IMG/VR virus record: IMGVR_UViG_3300032282_001564
Span: 32,001 to 96,000 of that record
Reading direction: 5' to 3' (one strand)
DNA: 64,000 nucleotides
Source: a virus
Within the stretch, counting starts at the first letter, position 1, and the number at the start of each line of letters is the position of its first letter. The position numbers and the translations under genes were made by a program. Below, piece after piece: positions 1 to 9,770 of this stretch. Below the pieces are notes generated by a model, which was not told the DNA's origin, searched no databases, and was given only the letters and a program-made list of their open reading frames with translations.

Positions 1-3000
1 CTTGAAAAACGTATCTATAATAACATCAAGGCTGATTATAAACAAAACATGATGGAATTATATGATATAATTCCTGGCCGATTCCGTACAACAGATTACT
101 CGGCAATTGAATGGGCAAGACTATTATCACACAGCTTCCTACAATGGACTGGCGCAAATAATCTTGACTACTTAACCAATACTTGGTACGAACCTGACAA
201 CCATTGGACGTGGAACTATTCACTTGGATTCAAAGATGTAGTCGATGGTTCTAACTTACGTGGATCATGGCGAGCAATTTATGAGTACTGGTTTGACACT
301 GACACACCTAACCTAACTCCTTGGGAAATGTTAGGCTTTGGTAGTAAGCCCAGCTGGTGGGAAGACCGTTATGGTCCCGCACCATATACACAAGGCAACG
401 CTGTTCTATGGGACGACCTTGAGGCCGGCTACATCTGGAACAATGGCAATCCTTATACAGACACACGTTTTGCCCGTCCTGGGTTAAGTAACTTTATTCC
501 AGTTAACAATGAAGGTAACTTACTGTCACCAACAGAAATACCTTTAACAAAACAATATACAACTACCAATGCCGGTAAACCTTATTCACCAGGCGAGCGT
601 GGCCCTGTTGAACAAGCATGGGTACGTAGCAGTGATTATCCTTTTGCAATACAAGTTGCATTGGCAGTTGCAAAGCCAGCAAAATATTTTAGTACACAAA
701 TAGACATTAGTCGTTTTTATACAAACCCAGTAACTGGACATTTATCAACTGCGGCAAATAAAAAATTAGCACCAGGTCTAGTTGTAGTCAATGGCGATAC
801 CACTTTGGGTACAACTAAACGAGCCAGCGGATATTTAAACTGGATCGCAGATAACATTAAACACTTTGGTATTGATCCAGTTACTACTCTTAACGGTTTC
901 TTTAGAAACTTTAATGTACAACTAACACACAAGGTTGGTGGATTTACAGATCAAAAGTTAATTACTGTAACAGCCGAGCAAACAAGCCCTGGTACTAAAA
1001 ATGCCAGCGTATTAATTCCTAACGAAAACTATCATTTATATCTTAATAAATCAGTACCTCAGGCAATAATATCCTACAGCGGAGTTATTGTTGAACGAGT
1101 ACAAAATGGTTATAGCGTAACTGGATACGATAACAGTGATCCATTCTTTAATGTATTGCTAAGTCGTTCTAGTAACAACAAAGAAGTAATTCGTGTTAAC
1201 GCAGTTGATATTACTATCCTAAAAGATACAAATAATACAGTTATACAAATACCATACGGAACAGTCTTTACTTCCATTAATCAAGTAGTTGACTTTTTAG
1301 TTAGCTATCAACGATTCTTAGAACGCCAGGGTTTCAAATTTGATCAATGGGATCAAGATTTACAAAAACAACGAGACTTTGTTTTAAGTGCTCAAGAGTT
1401 TGCCTATTGGAGTCAGCAAGGATTTGATATTGGTAGCGTTATTGTATTATCTCCAGTATCGCAAAAAATTGAAGTAAACTCAATACAATCTATTGTTGGT
1501 AGCATTACAAACTTACCTGGTCAAGGTCGATTATTTGACCAAAACTTTAAGCCAATTAAGCCAACAGCATTTAATATAGTACGTCAGCCAGGCGATGCCG
1601 GCGAGTTTAATACAACTACAATTTCAACAGTTGACGGATCGGTTATTGCGTTTGCTAAATTAAATCTAGTACAGTTTGAACATGTGCTAATATTTGACAA
1701 CGTTGATAACTTTAACGACATTATATACCTACCACACCTAGGTAATCGCCAATTCCGTTTAGGAATCAAAGGACGAGCCACAGGTAATTGGAACGGAACA
1801 ATGAGTACCGATGGATACGTATATAACGATCCTATTATTGACTCATGGAAGCAAGGCACAGATTATAACACTGGCGATCTTGTTAAATTTAATAACGCTT
1901 ATTACACAGCAACTACAAATATTCCAGCAAGTGAAAAATTTGGTAATAACTTATGGAAGCAGATTAATCCTACTGATATACAAACAGGCCTATTACCTAG
2001 CTTAGGCACTAACGCACAGGTGTTTGAGAAAATATACGACATGGATAACCCACCAGACGCACATGACCTGCAGATGTTTAGTGCTGGTTTAATTGGATTC
2101 CGTGAACGCCCATTCTTAACGGATCTTGGATTAAGCATATCAAACCAAGCTAAATTCTATCAAGGTTATGTCAAAGAAAAAGGTACTATTAATGCTATTA
2201 ACGCATTAACCAGAGCTAAGTTTAACAACGTCAATGGCGAACTTAATACCTATGAAGAATGGGCTTTCCAAGTTGGTGCGTATGGTGATATAGATAATAA
2301 TAAATTTGCAGAGTTTGTACTTGATCAAAGTGTATTCACAGTAAACCCTGTGACTGTCTTATTAACAGATCATTATAAAGATGGCAACGCTATTGTTAAC
2401 CTAGCCGTTACTGGTAACACATTAACTTCTAATGTTTATAACTCTAACGATCTATTAAGCACGAGTACAAAGATGTACGATAATAGATTGCCTAACGCCA
2501 AGGTAATGACAGATTTGCCAACTGCGGGCTTTGTAAACATTAACGACATCGACGATACTATTTTTGATCTGAGCACTATTGATCAATCACAAGATACAAA
2601 CTATTCGATTGGCAATAAAATTTGGGTAGCAAAGGATTCAAATAAAAAGTGGAATGTATTCCGTGTTTGTGAAACAGGAATACTAGCTAAAAAATTAACT
2701 TATACACTTGACGATTATGTACAAGTTGATTTTGATAATCCGCACAATTTCTTAGTTGACGATTATCTAGTATTGAAAAACTTTAACAAGAAATGGGATG
2801 GTTTATATAAAATTGTAAACATACCAAATCGTGTATCTGTTACTATACAACTTAAAGATAAAACAAAATTAGGATATCTAATATCAGTTAGCCCATTTTC
2901 GGGTTCAGGATTAGTACATAAGCTATCATCCGTTGTACTAGATTCTGTCAAGGAACTACCTGATGTTCGTCCATTGTACGACTGGGACGACGGCGAACAC

Positions 3001-6000
3001 GTTTGGATTGAAAATTCTTCACCATTGGGCTGGGGAACATTTACTGTTAAAAGACCTTGGCTGGCAAATACAGTACAGTCAAGAACCAGTGCCACTCCTG
3101 GAGTACGTGGAAACTATGGCGCGGCAACAGCATCTAGTTTAGATAACAATTGGTTATATGTTGGCGCACCTGGTACAAGCACAGTAGAGATTTTATCTAA
3201 TGTAAATTATGTTTATAGTTCTGCTAACGTAATTAATAGTGCAGACAATAACTTTGGTTATAGCATTGCAACATCAAAGGACTTTGTTGTTATTAGTTCT
3301 CCTGATGCAGGAAATGTACGTGTATACACACACGGATCTACAACACCATTACAGGTAATTACATCAGCTAATGCCAATGGTAAGTTTGGATCAAGCGTCG
3401 ACATCAGCAATGACGGACATTGGTTATATGTGTCTGAACCTGCTACTGGTGTAGTACACGCTTATACCACAGTAGCAAACACAGCCGCTAATTTAAACTA
3501 TGTTAAAGTATCAACTAAAACTGTAAACAGTAGCATTATTAAAACCAATGCCAGCGGTACACGATTATTTGTCGGTGCACCAAACGACTTTAACGGATAC
3601 AACCAAGGCGGTAATGTTTATGTATACACTAGAACTGCTAACACAGTTTCATCTGCACAGACAATTTCTGGTGTATTTAAAAACGATAACGCAAGATTTG
3701 GTACAAGTTTAGACATTGATAAAACTGGTAATAACTTGTTTGTTGGTGTGCCTAACTCAACTATTTCTACTTACGCAAACGGATTGGTAGAACGTTGGAT
3801 ATACAACGGATCACAGTTTGTGCATCAAGCAAATATCGCACACCCTGGCAATACACCGGGCACATTTGGTAGTAGTATCAGTGTAACAGCAGATGCAAAA
3901 TTATTAGCGGTTGGTAGTGCTGGTAGCCAAGGCGAAGAAAGTACTACATTTGATAATGATGCAACACAAATTGACAAGCACACAACTAAATTCATTGATT
4001 ATATTATGAACAGTGGTGTGGTCTATATGTTTGATTCATTAATAGACTACAAAGTAGCCAATGATCCTGGTACATATATCTACGGACAAGAACTATCTGC
4101 ACAATTAACTAGCGGAGACCAATTTGGTACTAGTATAGTTGCAACTAGAGATGTTGTTGTAGTTGGCGCACCGGGCGTAACTGTTGATGAATATGTTAGT
4201 GCTGGTGAATCACACGTTTATGTAAATGCAAACAAAACGCCAATGTGGGATCGTACCAGAGAACAACAACCTGTTGTAGACATTGACAGTATTAACAGAA
4301 CTTTTGTATTTGATAAAACAAACAACAACATTCTAGCCGCACTAGATTATTTTGATCCAAACAAGGGCAAAATATTAAATTCTGTTGCTAGTGATGTTGA
4401 TTATCAACGTATTGGCGATCCAGCATTATACAACGCTGGTAGCACATCATCGGTTATTGATCTGCATTGGGGGCCAGACCAAGTTGGAAAAATTTGGTGG
4501 GACCTTGACCACATCCGATTTATTGATTATGAACAGGATGATTTATACTATAGATTGAACCACTGGGGTAAACGATTCCCGGGCAGTCAAGTACTAGTTT
4601 ACGAATGGGTTGAAAGTGATGTACCGCCAAGCAAGTACGAAGGCGATGGTACGCCATTGTACATGGACGATAGCAAATATTCTACTTATGGATTTGTTGA
4701 CCCAGCTGGCGCAATCAAATTGAAATACTATTTCTGGGTATCAGAAAAAACAACAATTAATGTCGATGCTGGAAAATCTAACAGCGCCTACAGCATTGCG
4801 GCTTCAATTGAAAATCCACAAAGTCAGGGAGTTGCATACGCAACAGTATTGCGTGATGATTGTTTAGCATTATACAATGTTAGCCAAGTATTGTCAGGTA
4901 AAAATGCAGTTCTACACATTACTAGCCGTAGCACAAACGCTGGGTTGATACACAGTGAATATGCACTGGTACAAGAAGGTAACCCTGCAAGTTTAATCCC
5001 GGGTTCTATTAAAGATAAGTTTATTGACAGTTTAGCCGGTCAGGATAAAATTGGTAATCCGGTTCCTGATCCTACACTAACACCAGCACAGGCCTATGGT
5101 ATAAACATTCGACCAAGACAAAGTATGTTTGTAAGCCATGACTTGGCATTGTCTAACTATCTTGAACTAGTTAACAATATTATGGCTACATACCAAGTAG
5201 CACGCCGAAAAGTTTTAACATTATTAAACAGCGAAGAATCTGCACCAAATATTAACACAGGCTTATACAGCCAGATTGTTAATAACGATACAGAATTGGG
5301 CTATATTAATACAACCAGCCTCGCTACAGGTTACAGCATCCTGGTAGTCAGTGATGAAACTCAAATGGGTAAATGGGCAATTTATACTTGGGACGGCGAT
5401 GCATGGGCAATATCTCGAGTACAGGATTATAAAACCAATTTATACTGGAACTATGCTGACTGGTACACATCAGACTATGATGTTACACGAGCCCCGGACT
5501 TAACTGTAGCAACAGCATTGGAGTTAGGAAAATATACTCTAGTGGCTGAAACTTATGTTAAAGTAACAGATGCTGGTAATGGCGATTTTGAAATTTATTA
5601 TATAGATGCCGATCTTAATAAGACTCTAGTAGGCATCCAAAACGGTACAGTTCAAATATCCACTGGCAGTATTCCTAAAATGGAATTACGTCAACTTTTA
5701 ATTGCAATGCAAGAAGAAATTTTTGTTGATGATTTAGCATTAGACTATAATAAGATTTTCTTTGCGTTAATTAAATTTGCTCTGACTGAGCAAAAAAATC
5801 CTGACTGGGTATTTAAAACCAGCTTCTTGACTGCTACACAATACCTACGTAAGTTAGAGCAATTCCCTAGCTATATTGCTGACAACCAGGATTTCTACAA
5901 AGAATATATTAACGAAGTTAAACCATATCGCACAGTACTACGTGAGTTTGTTGTAGATTATTTACGTAATGATAGCTATAGCGGTGACGTTACTGACTTT

Positions 6001-9000
6001 GATTTACCACCATACTGGGATTCAACATTAACTGTGTATCGTAGTCCAAGTGGCGAACAGGCATATGACACTACTTTGCTAACACAAGGCAAATACAATG
6101 CGTGGTCAGACAACTACAAATATAAGTTAATCGGAATACAAGTTAACCATGCAGGTACTGGATATACATTACCTCCGCAGATTGTTATTATTGATGAAGG
6201 CGGCCATGGAGCTGAAGCATACGCAACTCTTGATGGTAATGGCGGCGTCGGTGAAATTATAGTTACTAATCCAGGCGAAGGATTTGTTATAGCACCTAAG
6301 ATTATTATTAACGGTAGCGGAACTGGCGCAGTTGCAAGCCCAATATTACGTAATGTCTATCTAGATGACATGAGCGGTTACAACCTAGTGCGTAGTTTGT
6401 CTACTACTATCAAATTTGATAGAACTAGTTACACAAATCCAAATACCTTTGTATTTTGGGACACATTAACATCGGCAAACGTTGGACAACAAATACCAGA
6501 TGGTACAATCTTACGTACTGATGATATACTACGTAAATTAGTTATTAACAATTGGGTAGCAAATACTTCTGCTAACCTAGGTTCATTGATGTACCGCGGC
6601 GGTAACACATATACTGTCACCGGCAATGTATACCAAGCTGTGTTTAACAGTAACGTATTGTCTAACTTGGCATTAATAACAGCAAACGCTAGATCGTTAA
6701 CTGTGGACGCTAATATTACATTCCCGTATGCAAGTGTTACATCATTGACAGCCAAAGACTTTGACAATGCAAATGATCGTATTGTAGCCTTTAATGGTAA
6801 TATTGATCTTTCCAACGTAACAGATGGCATTGACTACATGGGCGTTATTGTTGATGGTAATGAATATATTCCATATGCCGAAAATGATAGCGTAATTGAA
6901 AGTCGTTATACTGACTCTTTAGGTGTTGATCCAAGTGGCATAGATATTGACGGTGGTGGTTACGTTGACGTTTACAGTAGTCATGCACCACAGGAACTAG
7001 TACCCGGTCGTATGTATGACAGTTTGAATATGTCGGTGTACACAGCCGGTGATAACCAATCGTTGGCCTATCGTATATTCAACGACATGAATCATAATAT
7101 TAACTATTATAGAATTTCATCTGATTACACTACAACATTGTCTGCTAACTTGTCATTGACTGATGAGTATATGTATGTTGACGATGCAACAAAATTACCT
7201 ACACCAGATACTGTAAGAGGTTATCCTGGCGTAGTATTTGTCAACGGTGAAAAAATTACCTACTGGAGAAACTATGCAAAAGAAACTCCAACAGCATGGG
7301 TAGCAAACCTAAGGGTTGGGATCGGCGAATTAATTTCGTACCAAAGCAATACATACATCACTACTGGAAATGTATTTGCTCGTTATTTTGCCAACATATC
7401 ATCGCATACCAATAATTCATCAAACATTGATATTTCTGGCAATGCTAATGTGCGTCTGGTAACAAACATAAACACTATAACGCGACTACGTAGAGCAGTT
7501 GAGGGCACCGGTCCAAGTAACGTTCATTTAGCTGGGTCAAGAGTTGTTGCTTCAAACTTTGAGCAGGCTGTTCCTGGTACTACAATTACAACAAAAACTA
7601 TTGCATCTGAAACATCTTATCAGACTACAGATGTTGCCAGTGTAGTGTTGGCAATGGATTTAACTAACCCTATTAGTGCTAACCTTGGCGACAATCTACA
7701 ACAACAAATTGTAGTTGATGATTGGCGTAACGGTGAATACTCTGTTGGTAGCTTTGTTTACTGGGACGGTGACACATACCAAACTACAGCAAATATATTT
7801 GTTCGTACAGTGGGATGGCAGTCTAATACAGTTTATCCTACCGGTTCATACGTAACACAAAATGGTAACACCTATGTTACTACTGGAAACGCATGGGCAC
7901 AAAACAAATCGTGGACAGCCAATACTGTATTTGCAACTAATTCCAATATCTATATTGGTTCAAACAGTTACTACACAACAACAGGTAACGTTTATGTAAG
8001 TATACCTACCTGGACCAGCAATACCGTATTTGCTACTAACACATCTATCTATCACAATGGTAATGTGTATCGAGTAACCGGCAACGTTTATGCACCAAAT
8101 GTAACCTGGGCTCCAGGATTGATTGTTCCTACTGGTAGTTACATTAACTATCAAGGTAGTACATATCAAACTATGGGCAACGTTGGTTATATTACCCGTG
8201 GCAATATAACTTATGCTAACGGAAACATTATCAGCTATGGTACAACATCATTGGCATCATGGAATAAATTGGCCTGGCGTGTAATACCAGTCGACAATAC
8301 TCCTGATTCAGGATTCTTTACTGCAAGTGCTAATTTAGTCAACACCGGATCTATTTTACAATTTGCAAATATTAATGCAAACGTACAATTCTTGTATCGT
8401 GGTATCAACGCCGGCTTTAACAGCATTAAGTCAAACGTTCAATACTTACCAACTGCTAATATTGCATGGCAACCAAACACTTGCTACACAGTGGGTGACT
8501 ATATTTCCTACAACAGCAATGTCTACATAATTGGTGGCAATATTTGCGGTAACAGTTTTGCTAACATTTCTGCTAACTTGGTCTATAACGGTCCTTTACA
8601 AACTCCAGACCAAAGCAAATTTGCTAGTATTGTAAACTCACACAAAGTAGTACAGGCGTTTACTGGAAATGCTATTACCAGCGTAACATTAAAAGTTATG
8701 GATACTGTAAGTAACGTATCACGTGTTCCAGTAATTATTACTGTTGGTAGTATTACTGCCCTACCGGAGATTTTTGACGGCCCATCTGGCTTTGACATTG
8801 AATCGTTTGATAACAACCCAGGTTCTCTGTACATCAACGGCAACGCCGCTTATAGCTTTGTTGAAGCCGCTGGCGTATTGGGTAACGTATCATTGTACGG
8901 AACTTCAAACGTTAGCCCGGGTACTGTTGTTAATACTGAGCGTGTTTGGTACAACCGCGGGCTTACAAGTGCAGTTGATGGCTACGGATTATACAATAGC

Positions 9001-9069
9001 ATAACAGCACAAGCAACATTCTTAAAAGATAAGCCAGGCTTTCTGCCTGATCCAGGAGTAACGCCATGA
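1..9069 (+). CDS. Giant virion structural protein (baseplate wedge-like), 5' partial
   Basis: Frame is open from base 1 (LEKRIYNNIKADYKQNMME...), so the true start lies upstream. Over 3000 aa, with FG-GAP-like blades, GTGY/GEGF beta-repeats and W-x-x-N-T repeats; followed by fibre genes. Confidence 0.75.
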   Translation, partial: LEKRIYNNIKADYKQNMMELYDIIPGRFRTTDYSAIEWARLLSHSFLQWTGANNLDYLTNTWYEPDNHWTWNYSLGFKDVVDGSNLRGSWRAIYEYWFDTDTPNLTPWEMLGFGSKPSWWEDRYGPAPYTQGNAVLWDDLEAGYIWNNGNPYTDTRFARPGLSNFIPVNNEGNLLSPTEIPLTKQYTTTNAGKPYSPGERGPVEQAWVRSSDYPFAIQVALAVAKPAKYFSTQIDISRFYTNPVTGHLSTAANKKLAPGLVVVNGDTTLGTTKRASGYLNWIADNIKHFGIDPVTTLNGFFRNFNVQLTHKVGGFTDQKLITVTAEQTSPGTKNASVLIPNENYHLYLNKSVPQAIISYSGVIVERVQNGYSVTGYDNSDPFFNVLLSRSSNNKEVIRVNAVDITILKDTNNTVIQIPYGTVFTSINQVVDFLVSYQRFLERQGFKFDQWDQDLQKQRDFVLSAQEFAYWSQQGFDIGSVIVLSPVSQKIEVNSIQSIVGSITNLPGQGRLFDQNFKPIKPTAFNIVRQPGDAGEFNTTTISTVDGSVIAFAKLNLVQFEHVLIFDNVDNFNDIIYLPHLGNRQFRLGIKGRATGNWNGTMSTDGYVYNDPIIDSWKQGTDYNTGDLVKFNNAYYTATTNIPASEKFGNNLWKQINPTDIQTGLLPSLGTNAQVFEKIYDMDNPPDAHDLQMFSAGLIGFRERPFLTDLGLSISNQAKFYQGYVKEKGTINAINALTRAKFNNVNGELNTYEEWAFQVGAYGDIDNNKFAEFVLDQSVFTVNPVTVLLTDHYKDGNAIVNLAVTGNTLTSNVYNSNDLLSTSTKMYDNRLPNAKVMTDLPTAGFVNINDIDDTIFDLSTIDQSQDTNYSIGNKIWVAKDSNKKWNVFRVCETGILAKKLTYTLDDYVQVDFDNPHNFLVDDYLVLKNFNKKWDGLYKIVNIPNRVSVTIQLKDKTKLGYLISVSPFSGSGLVHKLSSVVLDSVKELPDVRPLYDWDDGEHVWIENSSPLGWGTFTVKRPWLANTVQSRTSATPGVRGNYGAATASSLDNNWLYVGAPGTSTVEILSNVNYVYSSANVINSADNNFGYSIATSKDFVVISSPDAGNVRVYTHGSTTPLQVITSANANGKFGSSVDISNDGHWLYVSEPATGVVHAYTTVANTAANLNYVKVSTKTVNSSIIKTNASGTRLFVGAPNDFNGYNQGGNVYVYTRTANTVSSAQTISGVFKNDNARFGTSLDIDKTGNNLFVGVPNSTISTYANGLVERWIYNGSQFVHQANIAHPGNTPGTFGSSISVTADAKLLAVGSAGSQGEESTTFDNDATQIDKHTTKFIDYIMNSGVVYMFDSLIDYKVANDPGTYIYGQELSAQLTSGDQFGTSIVATRDVVVVGAPGVTVDEYVSAGESHVYVNANKTPMWDRTREQQPVVDIDSINRTFVFDKTNNNILAALDYFDPNKGKILNSVASDVDYQRIGDPALYNAGSTSSVIDLHWGPDQVGKIWWDLDHIRFIDYEQDDLYYRLNHWGKRFPGSQVLVYEWVESDVPPSKYEGDGTPLYMDDSKYSTYGFVDPAGAIKLKYYFWVSEKTTINVDAGKSNSAYSIAASIENPQSQGVAYATVLRDDCLALYNVSQVLSGKNAVLHITSRSTNAGLIHSEYALVQEGNPASLIPGSIKDKFIDSLAGQDKIGNPVPDPTLTPAQAYGINIRPRQSMFVSHDLALSNYLELVNNIMATYQVARRKVLTLLNSEESAPNINTGLYSQIVNNDTELGYINTTSLATGYSILVVSDETQMGKWAIYTWDGDAWAISRVQDYKTNLYWNYADWYTSDYDVTRAPDLTVATALELGKYTLVAETYVKVTDAGNGDFEIYYIDADLNKTLVGIQNGTVQISTGSIPKMELRQLLIAMQEEIFVDDLALDYNKIFFALIKFALTEQKNPDWVFKTSFLTATQYLRKLEQFPSYIADNQDFYKEYINEVKPYRTVLREFVVDYLRNDSYSGDVTDFDLPPYWDSTLTVYRSPSGEQAYDTTLLTQGKYNAWSDNYKYKLIGIQVNHAGTGYTLPPQIVIIDEGGHGAEAYATLDGNGGVGEIIVTNPGEGFVIAPKIIINGSGTGAVASPILRNVYLDDMSGYNLVRSLSTTIKFDRTSYTNPNTFVFWDTLTSANVGQQIPDGTILRTDDILRKLVINNWVANTSANLGSLMYRGGNTYTVTGNVYQAVFNSNVLSNLALITANARSLTVDANITFPYASVTSLTAKDFDNANDRIVAFNGNIDLSNVTDGIDYMGVIVDGNEYIPYAENDSVIESRYTDSLGVDPSGIDIDGGGYVDVYSSHAPQELVPGRMYDSLNMSVYTAGDNQSLAYRIFNDMNHNINYYRISSDYTTTLSANLSLTDEYMYVDDATKLPTPDTVRGYPGVVFVNGEKITYWRNYAKETPTAWVANLRVGIGELISYQSNTYITTGNVFARYFANISSHTNNSSNIDISGNANVRLVTNINTITRLRRAVEGTGPSNVHLAGSRVVASNFEQAVPGTTITTKTIASETSYQTTDVASVVLAMDLTNPISANLGDNLQQQIVVDDWRNGEYSVGSFVYWDGDTYQTTANIFVRTVGWQSNTVYPTGSYVTQNGNTYVTTGNAWAQNKSWTANTVFATNSNIYIGSNSYYTTTGNVYVSIPTWTSNTVFATNTSIYHNGNVYRVTGNVYAPNVTWAPGLIVPTGSYINYQGSTYQTMGNVGYITRGNITYANGNIISYGTTSLASWNKLAWRVIPVDNTPDSGFFTASANLVNTGSILQFANINANVQFLYRGINAGFNSIKSNVQYLPTANIAWQPNTCYTVGDYISYNSNVYIIGGNICGNSFANISANLVYNGPLQTPDQSKFASIVNSHKVVQAFTGNAITSVTLKVMDTVSNVSRVPVIITVGSITALPEIFDGPSGFDIESFDNNPGSLYINGNAAYSFVEAAGVLGNVSLYGTSNVSPGTVVNTERVWYNRGLTSAVDGYGLYNSITAQATFLKDKPGFLPDPGVTP
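3115..4175 (+). repeat. About seven FG-GAP-like beta-propeller repeats within the giant protein
   Basis: YGAATASSLDNNWLYVGAP, FGYSIATSKDFVVISSP, FGSSVDISNDGHWLYVSEP, TNASGTRLFVGAP, FGTSLDIDKTGNNLFVGVP, FGSSISVTADAKLLAVGS, FGTSIVATRDVVVVGAP. Confidence 0.75.
7723..8190 (+). repeat. Tandem 31-33 aa W-x-x-N-T...G-N-x-Y-x-x-T-G-N repeats (CBM5/12-like)
   Basis: Trp codons at 7723, 7816, 7912, 8011 and 8107. Dispersed copies near 6553, 7297 and 8467, and one in the 9771 fibre. Confidence 0.65.
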
Positions 9070-9764
9070 TAAATACTAACAATAGACAGCCCGTCGAAGA
9101 AAATTTAGAGGAAAAAGCAGTGGAAAATACACAAAAACGCCCAGACGAAAGCTCTGGCATTTACGCCCGTGGGCATATTAAGATCTTTGATCCAGAAACT
9201 CAAGAAGTTTTTGTAGACAAATCAAACGCAATTCACTATGAAAACCTTAGTATTGCGTTGGCCAGTTCCATTGCTAATAAAAGTCAAAACTTTATCTATG
9301 AAATGAATTTTGGTAACGGTGGTACTAGTGTAGATACTACTGGTATTATTACCTATTTGCCAACTAACACAACTGGACAAAAGAGTAACTTATACAATCC
9401 TACTTACAGTAAAGTAGTTGACGATACTGCCATTACAAATTTAAATCCTCTAAATAACAAAATGACAGTAACACACATTCCTGGTACTGTTTATACTGAT
9501 ATTCTAGTTAGTTGCTTATTAGACTACGGTGAGCCAAGTGGTCAAGCACTTTTTGATAACAGTCAAAATTTATCAAGTGAATATGTATTTGATGAACTAG
9601 GCTTACGTGGTCGTAGTACTGATGGTACAAGTGGACTAACATCAACAGGCCTGTTACTAACACACGTGGTATTCCACCCTGTGCAAAAAGCTCTTAATCG
9701 ATTGATTCAAATTGACTATACTGTGCGTATTCAAACATTAACCAACCTAAGCTCGAACGGATAA
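9066..9764 (+). CDS. Virion structural protein (baseplate-associated); start may be GTG at 9120
   Basis: 232-aa ORF between the giant protein and the fibres; GAGGA SD lies upstream of the in-frame GTG at 9120. Confidence 0.65.
   Translation: MINTNNRQPVEENLEEKAVENTQKRPDESSGIYARGHIKIFDPETQEVFVDKSNAIHYENLSIALASSIANKSQNFIYEMNFGNGGTSVDTTGIITYLPTNTTGQKSNLYNPTYSKVVDDTAITNLNPLNNKMTVTHIPGTVYTDILVSCLLDYGEPSGQALFDNSQNLSSEYVFDELGLRGRSTDGTSGLTSTGLLLTHVVFHPVQKALNRLIQIDYTVRIQTLTNLSSNG
9070..9075 (+). promoter_or_regulatory. Putative late promoter (TAAATA, T4-late-like)
   Basis: The same hexamer precedes genes at 17833, 44209, 55451(-) and 62755(-); variant TAAGTA at 15316. Confidence 0.45.
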
Positions 9765-9770
9765 TAAACT

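Noticed and set aside
7723-8190. CRISPR-like or DGR template/variable repeats
   Set aside because: The repeats are conserved at protein level only, there are no identical DNA repeats with spacers, and no reverse transcriptase or cas gene is in the window.
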